A stretch of 64,000 nt of DNA. Origin: Armatimonadota bacterium (GTDB lineage: Bacteria > Armatimonadota > UBA5829 > DTLH01). The position numbers and the translations under genes were made by a program. Within the stretch, counting starts at the first letter, position 1, and each line of letters starts with the position of its first letter. Where the stretch lies: positions 64,001 through 128,000 of the forward strand of contig JBDKUN010000056.1 of assembly GCA_039679675.1 (NCBI GenBank). Direction: 5' to 3'. Of this stretch, positions 58,308 through 64,000 are shown one piece after another. The notes below the pieces were generated by a model, which ran no database searches, had not been told where the DNA came from, and worked only from the letters and a program-made list of their open reading frames with translations.

Positions 58308-59575
58308 TCGCCGTCCTCCGTCTCATCCAGCTCTATCCCAAAAAGCTCGCGGACTATGTCTAGTTTTTCGCAGCCGTCAGCGCAGGATGAGTATTCCTTC
58401 ATCTTCACCAGAGGGTTGTGGGAGATCTTGTTTACAAGCGACTGCATCATCATCCTGACCGCCTCTTTGTCCTTTTCAGACAAATGTGTAAGCTTCGAGC
58501 TGGATCGCTGCCATTCAGCCTCTTTGAGATCATCCAGATGCTGCCGCAGGCTCTTGATGAGCGGCACAGCTTCGAGTGTCTTCATCCAGGCGGAGAACTT
58601 ACTGGTCTCTTCGGCGACTATTTCCATCACCTTTTCGGTCTCTTTTTGCCGCTCGTTGGCCGATTCCTGCACTATCGACTGCAGGTCGTCTATATCGTAG
58701 AGATAAACATTGTCGAGTTCTGCGACAGACGGTTCGATGTCTCTCGGAACGGCGATATCGATCATAAATATGGGCCTTTCTCGACGTTTGCGCATGATTT
58801 TCGTCACCTCATCCCGGCTCACGACCGGCTTTGTCGCACCTGTGGAGCTGATGACTATATCGGCCTGAACCATGGCAGCCGGCAGCGACTCGAACGGCAC
58901 AGCGCGGCCATTGAGCGCTTCTGCGAGCTTCTCAGCCTTTGATAGCGTTCGGTTGGCGACAATAACGGACGCCGCTCCGGCAGCTTGCATATGCTTTGCC
59001 GTGAGCTCGCCCATCTTCCCCGCGCCGATAATGAGAATTGTCCTCCCGGAGAGTTCTCCGAATACCAGCCGTGCGAGCTCGACCGCTGCATAACCGACGG
59101 AGAATGCTCCGTGTGAGATGTCTGTCTCCGTTCTGGCACGTTTTCCGACAGAAAGCGCCTGCTGAAAAAGGGCATTAAGCACCGTTTTTGTGGAATCGCA
59201 GTCACAGGCTGCAGAAAAAGCATTTTTTACCTGGCTTATTATCTGGTTCTCGCCGACCATCATCGAGTCGATCCCCGAAGCGACCGAAAAGAGATGTTCA
59301 ACCGTCTTGTGACCTCTGTGGCGGTAGATATACGGCTCGAAATTCTCACCGAGGCTGCTCATGAAGTCGAGAATTGTTTCTTCATCTTCATGTTTGGAGG
59401 TTACGGCATAGACCTCAGTGCGGTTGCAGGTGGAGAGGATGCAGCACTCAGATATGGACGGGCACGCGCACAGAGACTCCAGCGCATTCGGAAGTTCTTC
59501 CTCCGAAACCGCCAGGCTCTCCCGCACCGCTACCGGCGCCGTTTTGTGGTTAAGTCCTATAACTACAAGGTGCAT
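58304..59575 (-). CDS. hemA: Glutamyl-tRNA reductase
   Basis: GLNHKTAP, STCNRTE, GIDSMMVGENQI, GAGKMG, DIAVPRD. Confidence 0.97.
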   Translation of the reverse strand: MHLVVIGLNHKTAPVAVRESLAVSEEELPNALESLCACPSISECCILSTCNRTEVYAVTSKHEDEETILDFMSSLGENFEPYIYRHRGHKTVEHLFSVASGIDSMMVGENQIISQVKNAFSAACDCDSTKTVLNALFQQALSVGKRARTETDISHGAFSVGYAAVELARLVFGELSGRTILIIGAGKMGELTAKHMQAAGAASVIVANRTLSKAEKLAEALNGRAVPFESLPAAMVQADIVISSTGATKPVVSRDEVTKIMRKRRERPIFMIDIAVPRDIEPSVAELDNVYLYDIDDLQSIVQESANERQKETEKVMEIVAEETSKFSAWMKTLEAVPLIKSLRQHLDDLKEAEWQRSSSKLTHLSEKDKEAVRMMMQSLVNKISHNPLVKMKEYSSCADGCEKLDIVRELFGIELDETEDGE

Positions 59576-59732
59576 TTTTCGTTAGGATACAGGATTTAGC
59601 TGGTCTTCGTCCCGGCTTTCTGCTTTTTGAAACGCGAATTGCGCGAAGAAGCGCGAATGACGCGAAATGGGATTAGTGGATATTTGTAAATTTCCACCTT
59701 CCGCATCTCAGTTCCTTCTGCGACTCCGCGGT

Positions 59733-60365
59733 TCAAAAAGAAAGCAGCATGAAAAACGCCAGCTTTTGGGCTTCTTCCCGCTTGCCCTGGCGTATCAGTT
59801 CCGGCACATCTGAGTCCAAAACTTTATCAAATAGCTTTTCGCGCTCGCTCTGACTGGAAATCTTCGACTTTGCGGCCTCTCTGAGTTCACCCATCAACTC
59901 CGTCAGCTCTGCGTACTCCGGGCCGATCACTTCTTCTATTTTCTCACGCACACGTTTAGCTAGAGCAGGGCTGTTTCCGCCTGTACCGATGCTTATGACG
60001 AGATCGCCGCGCCTCACAACGGACTGCACGATAAAGCTGCAGAGTTCAGGGTCATCAACCACATTTACAGGCACTCCGGCTGTCTGGGCATCCGCTGAGA
60101 CCTGCAAATTGACTTCTTTATCGTTTGTCGCGGCAATCACGAGCGCGCATTTGCCGACATCGCTCGATTCATAGCATCTTTCGCAGAGTATCACCCTGCC
60201 GGAATCGGTAAGCTCGAAAATATCCTGTGTAACGCACGGGGAAACGACGGTCACGTGCGCGCCGAAATCGAGAAGGGTCTCAATTTTCCTCAGCGCAACC
60301 GTTCCGCCGCCCACAACGAGCACATTTTTATCTTTTAAATCAACCGCAATCGGATAGTAAGTCAT
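59733..60365 (-). CDS. Precorrin-2 dehydrogenase/sirohydrochlorin ferrochelatase (CysG N-terminal/Met8-like)
   Basis: VVGGGTVALRK, AATND, VNVVDDPELCSF, GTGGNSPALA. Confidence 0.92.
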   Translation of the reverse strand: MTYYPIAVDLKDKNVLVVGGGTVALRKIETLLDFGAHVTVVSPCVTQDIFELTDSGRVILCERCYESSDVGKCALVIAATNDKEVNLQVSADAQTAGVPVNVVDDPELCSFIVQSVVRRGDLVISIGTGGNSPALAKRVREKIEEVIGPEYAELTELMGELREAAKSKISSQSEREKLFDKVLDSDVPELIRQGKREEAQKLAFFMLLSF

Positions 60366-60603
60366 ATTTCACCCGTCGCCAGTTGCAACAGCAAGATCTA
60401 TCAGTTCTTTATATATATCCAAATCCAACAATTTGATTATATCACCAGTGCAGGGAACTTTTACAGGCTGAGGGGCTGTTGATTCGCCAGAATTGGGGGT
60501 TGGCAGACCTTCATATTGTTGATAATGCAATAGAATAAAATATGCCCGCTTTCGCTTTTGCTACGGCGGGCACTGAAGTTAGAGGTGAAAGTTAAAGTGG
60601 AAT

Positions 60604-61599
60604 TTACGCTTTACGTCGTCTCAAACAGAGCAGCGATGCCAGTCCGCCGGCTAAGGCGATGATCGATGACGGCTCAGGAATCTGGGAAACGCGGAATCCT
60701 TCTCCTCCATCACCTTCGTAATCCGGGCGAAGGGTGCTGAATTGAGCTGATGAGAGTGAGCTTCCATAATAACCGTCGTAATAGCTGCCGCCGCGTAAGC
60801 CTCGGTTGGCCGTGTTAGCCTCGGTCCACTCCCACACATTGCCGCCTTGATCATATGTGCCGTAGGCGCTCTCCGAGTTCTCAAACTCTCCGACGTTGGT
60901 TCGGTAATAGGGGCTGCCCGTAGTGTAACCATTATTATTGAAGTTGGCATTGTTGCCGGGGTCAGGATTGGTCAGGTTATTGGATGGAAGGGAATTACTT
61001 TGTGTTGGATACGCCCAGTAGCCTGAGTTTGTCCCCTTGCCTTTGTAGTACGCAGCCTTATACCACTCATCCTGGCTTGTCACAGCCCAAGTCCATTCGG
61101 TATTCCGCTGGATAGTCCGGCCGTCATTACCGGTATAACCGTTCAAGGTATATGCTCCGGTTTCAGTACTACCATTGCCCTGACCATTATTGAGCCAGTT
61201 AGCGAACCGGCAGGCATCCCAGAAGCTTACATAGTTAACAGGCCGGTTAGCCCAGTCGGTAGCTACGCTATAGGTGTAATTGCCTGAGGTGCCTGTACGT
61301 TGAATCTTGCAGCCGTCGACATTGCTCCACATACTGGTGTTATACAGACCATAATCATCTGTTTTTGCCTTGGCATTAAGGAAATCACAGTACTGCTTAG
61401 CTGTTACTTCATACTTGCCGATGTTGTAGTTGTAGCTTACGGAGCCTCTGCCATTTGTGTCGACTGTATTTCCGACATCGCGTACGGTGACTGTTTCGAG
61501 GTTGGTGTATCCATTACCGAGGTTGAACACGTCAGCCTGGGCAGCAATACCCAAGCCCAGCAGTGAGATCACTGCTGTTACAACAAGTAGCCTTTTCAT
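60604..61599 (-). CDS. FGE/SUMF1-domain protein with PEP-CTERM sorting signal
   Basis: Signal peptide, GKYEVT, PVNYVSF, DEWYKAAY, GGNVWEW, RGGS, GFR; IPEPSS-TM-RRRK. Confidence 0.9.
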   Translation of the reverse strand: MKRLLVVTAVISLLGLGIAAQADVFNLGNGYTNLETVTVRDVGNTVDTNGRGSVSYNYNIGKYEVTAKQYCDFLNAKAKTDDYGLYNTSMWSNVDGCKIQRTGTSGNYTYSVATDWANRPVNYVSFWDACRFANWLNNGQGNGSTETGAYTLNGYTGNDGRTIQRNTEWTWAVTSQDEWYKAAYYKGKGTNSGYWAYPTQSNSLPSNNLTNPDPGNNANFNNNGYTTGSPYYRTNVGEFENSESAYGTYDQGGNVWEWTEANTANRGLRGGSYYDGYYGSSLSSAQFSTLRPDYEGDGGEGFRVSQIPEPSSIIALAGGLASLLCLRRRKA

Positions 61600-61893
61600 C
61601 TTTTTTCTCCTAAGTGTTGTGTTGTGACCTTGCGGTGTCTAATGCCCGCTTATAACACAACGTGTGTGGACAACTATGAACTATTATGCATATAAAATCG
61701 TGGATATGTCAATGGCTGCTTGCTTAAAATATGGTTAAGACGCAAAAATGTTGCAAATAAAAATAGAAATCGTTGAGGAATCAATTGCAGCGCCAGTATC
61801 AGAGGCAAAGGAAGGCGCAAAAATCTGTATTCCACCAGCAGCGGCGCAAGTCCGGCCAGGAAGTAGCAGTGATGTCGCTTTTAAGATACGAAA

Positions 61894-62103
61894 TTATATC
61901 TTTGCGTTTGCTATAAGGGAACTGCCGAGAGAAGTCTGAAGCTTTCCTGTTATTATTGCTTCGACGGTCTCGCCGACTTTCGCTCCAGCTCCGAGAATTA
62001 CCACCATGGTCTCATCAGGCAGATGGGCTATGCCATCATTGTTGCAGATGCCCTGTCGGTCTATCTTCAGAGCGATCTCATCTCCGGTCTGGTAATGTAT
62101 CAT
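61894..62103 (-). CDS. Small stand-alone TRAM-like domain protein
   Basis: GIAHLPDETMVVI.GA..VGETV....LQTSLG resembles the TRAM domain of PIN/TRAM (YacL) proteins; AGGAG RBS. Confidence 0.65.
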   Translation of the reverse strand: MIHYQTGDEIALKIDRQGICNNDGIAHLPDETMVVILGAGAKVGETVEAIITGKLQTSLGSSLIANAKI

Positions 62104-62156
62104 CCTTGCACTCCTAATATAAATACATTAGTCGTGAAACGAACAGTATTTCGGTT

Positions 62157-62459
62157 CTATTCTATAGCCTTTTGCGGACACTCACCGGCTGAATACATCT
62201 GCACTCCGCGCCCGGCGATAAGCGAACCCACTAACACCATGATGAAAAGCAGGCCGATTTGATAGAGAATAACAATGGCCGACCGGCTCAGGGCAGTCGT
62301 CGCGGGTTGGGTGCCGGGTTGCGGAGAGGAAATGGCGAGTGCGTCCGCAGGCGAGGTAAATAGCCTGTACGCGATGATAAACGAGATTACTAATATTGCT
62401 ATGCCGATAGCGAAAACTGTCAGGCCTGTGATTCTGGCTGATAGGTCGCGACTTTGCAT
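62157..62459 (-). CDS. Hypothetical two-TM membrane protein
   Basis: 100-aa ORF with two hydrophobic segments; GAGGA RBS. Confidence 0.7.
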   Translation of the reverse strand: MQSRDLSARITGLTVFAIGIAILVISFIIAYRLFTSPADALAISSPQPGTQPATTALSRSAIVILYQIGLLFIMVLVGSLIAGRGVQMYSAGECPQKAIE

Positions 62460-62607
62460 GCAGTCCTCACGGTCTACGTCGTTCTTTGAACTACGAAGTT
62501 ATCTTACCCAACTTTGGTTGGGTACCACTTATTTTATTTAGCCATGGATTCCTCCATGGATTTTGCAGAATCGAATATTCAGTTATGAGAAATGAATATG
62601 GGAGGAT

Positions 62608-62973
62608 TTATTCTCCGAACGCGTTTTGTATGACTTCTACAGAGATGGGTTTTCCACGCTCGAATTTAACTTCGACTACATCGAACCTGCAGTCCGAATC
62701 CGATGCATTTTTGGAGGAAAGGTAGTGTTTTGCCGTGATTATGAGCTTGGACTGCTTCTTTTTATTGACCGATTCAGCAGGGAAGACCGGAAAGTCTGAG
62801 CGGCGGCTTCTGACTTCAACGAAGACTATCGAGCCCCTGTCTTGCGCGATAATATCGATCTCGCCGTAGCGGCACCGGTAGTTTGTCTCTATGACCTCAT
62901 AGCCCTGGCGTATGAGCTCTTTGGCTGCGAGTTCCTCTGCCCTTTTTCCTAGAAGAGACTTTTCTGTGGGCAA
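62608..62973 (-). CDS. yraN: YraN family protein
   Basis: G..AE..A..L, NYRCRYGEIDII, FVEVRSR, RFDVV, NAF. Confidence 0.92.
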   Translation of the reverse strand: MPTEKSLLGKRAEELAAKELIRQGYEVIETNYRCRYGEIDIIAQDRGSIVFVEVRSRRSDFPVFPAESVNKKKQSKLIITAKHYLSSKNASDSDCRFDVVEVKFERGKPISVEVIQNAFGE

Positions 62974-63596
62974 TCGCCGTTCACTTTCCGGGCTACTGGG
63001 GAAAAGCTCTTCCTATGGATGGCGCATGCACCGTGCTCCTCTATTGCTTGCAGGTGCGCCTGTGTGCAGTAGCCCTTGTGCTTCTCGAAACCGTAGTTAG
63101 GATACACCTTAGCCATCTCACGCATGATGCAGTCCCGCGTCACCTTTGCTACAATTGATGCGGCGGCGACGGACGCGCTCTTGGAATCGCCTTCGATTAT
63201 GGCCGACTGTTCTACACCGAGGTCAGGAATGGTGTGGTCGCCGTCGACCAGTACAAAATCAAAGGCAGCGCCCATATCTTTGAGCGCCGCCCTCATTGCT
63301 TCGTATGTAGCCTGCAGTATATTTATCTTGTCGATGATCTCCGAGCTGATTATTCCGACCCCGACTGCCTTCGCATCTGCCGTTATTCGTGTATAGGCCC
63401 TCTCGCGCTGTGCTTCAGAGAGCTTCTTCGAGTCGCGTATGCCGGTCAGATCGAAGTCCTTGGGAAGGATTACCGCCGCAGCCACCACCGGCCCTGCAAG
63501 CGGACCCCGACCTGCTTCGTCAACCCCTGCAATTTCAGCGTGGCCCGATTGCTGCGCTTCGTGCTCGTACTTGAAGAGGTCGGTTACCTGTCCCAC
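62949..63596 (-). CDS. rnhB: Ribonuclease HII
   Basis: GVDEAGRGPLAGPV, DSKKLS, AASIVAKVTRD, HRKSF. Confidence 0.97.
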   Translation of the reverse strand: MGQVTDLFKYEHEAQQSGHAEIAGVDEAGRGPLAGPVVAAAVILPKDFDLTGIRDSKKLSEAQRERAYTRITADAKAVGVGIISSEIIDKINILQATYEAMRAALKDMGAAFDFVLVDGDHTIPDLGVEQSAIIEGDSKSASVAAASIVAKVTRDCIMREMAKVYPNYGFEKHKGYCTQAHLQAIEEHGACAIHRKSFSPVARKVNGDCPQKSLF

Positions 63597-64000
63597 TGAA
63601 ACCTGCCAAACGGGAAGAAGGTAAACATCGCCCTGCCGACAACCCTGTCGCGGTCGAGTGGTCCCCAGAAACGGCCATCACTCGAATGGTTGCGGTTATC
63701 GCCCATCATAAGGTACTCGCCCTTGGACAGTTTGATCCGTTCGTGCCCTTTGTTCTGGATGAGCTTGAGCTTGCCTTCCGCGATCATCTTCGGCAGGTTG
63801 GTGCGAGCATCACTAAGGTCAGGGTACGCCGAATCAGGATCCTCTGCGGTATACGGCTCGTTCAATATCTTGCCGTTCCGCCAGACATAACCCGGATGTA
63901 TCTCTATTTCAGGGTTGACCCGGTCAAGATAATCAGCCAACTCTTTGCTGCTGATCCGCTTTCCATCGACATAAACACCGTCTTTAGCCAGCTTAACCGA
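63584..64000 (-). CDS. lepB: Signal peptidase I (5' part outside window)
   Basis: MGDNRNHSSDGRFWG motif; position upstream of rnhB-yraN. Confidence 0.9.
   Translation of the reverse strand, partial: SVKLAKDGVYVDGKRISSKELADYLDRVNPEIEIHPGYVWRNGKILNEPYTAEDPDSAYPDLSDARTNLPKMIAEGKLKLIQNKGHERIKLSKGEYLMMGDNRNHSSDGRFWGPLDRDRVVGRAMFTFFPFGRFQWDR

Noticed and set aside
60604..61599. FGE-fold protein as a diversity-generating retroelement target
   Set aside because: No reverse transcriptase and no template repeat seen in the window; a remote template cannot be excluded, but nothing here supports it.
61829..61880. SRP RNA-like string (TCCGGCCAGGAAGTAGCAG)
   Set aside because: The bases flanking GGAA cannot form the helix-8 stem, and the conserved CAGG/AGCA loop geometry is not met.

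Overview
A 64-kb bacterial chromosomal window, probably from Armatimonadota (inferred from a DUF1559 prepilin-like protein, a PEP-CTERM protein, an LptD-like protein and the style of the secreted proteins). Most of it is ordinary housekeeping and sugar metabolism: nadB, hemC, psuG, PPi-PFK, tRNA-Met, smc, a GH2, an RluA/RluD-family synthase, xylA, rhaB, an E2 acyltransferase, hemA, a siroheme-synthase N-terminal gene, rnhB and lepB. The standout is an AT-richer block at about 27.8-43.5 kb. It holds four tandem, paralogous, large secreted proteins, each with its own promoter and terminator. Each is preceded by the same structured leader RNA (TAGTGGCCGGA...TGACCGTAAC...GAAGAGGCA), whose stems covary in the most divergent copy; a decayed fifth copy is also present. 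I do not recognise this motif, so it is a candidate novel riboswitch or cis-regulatory RNA. Other notable items: a c-di-AMP riboswitch ahead of a STAS gene whose conserved 3' strand recurs in the downstream terminator hairpin; two further candidate structured ncRNAs (about 23.0-23.2 kb and 48.3-48.4 kb); and a 0.7-kb islet flanked by a 24-bp duplication of the psuG 3' end, next to a GNAT toxin-antitoxin pair. All calls are by eye; no database searches or folding programs were run.
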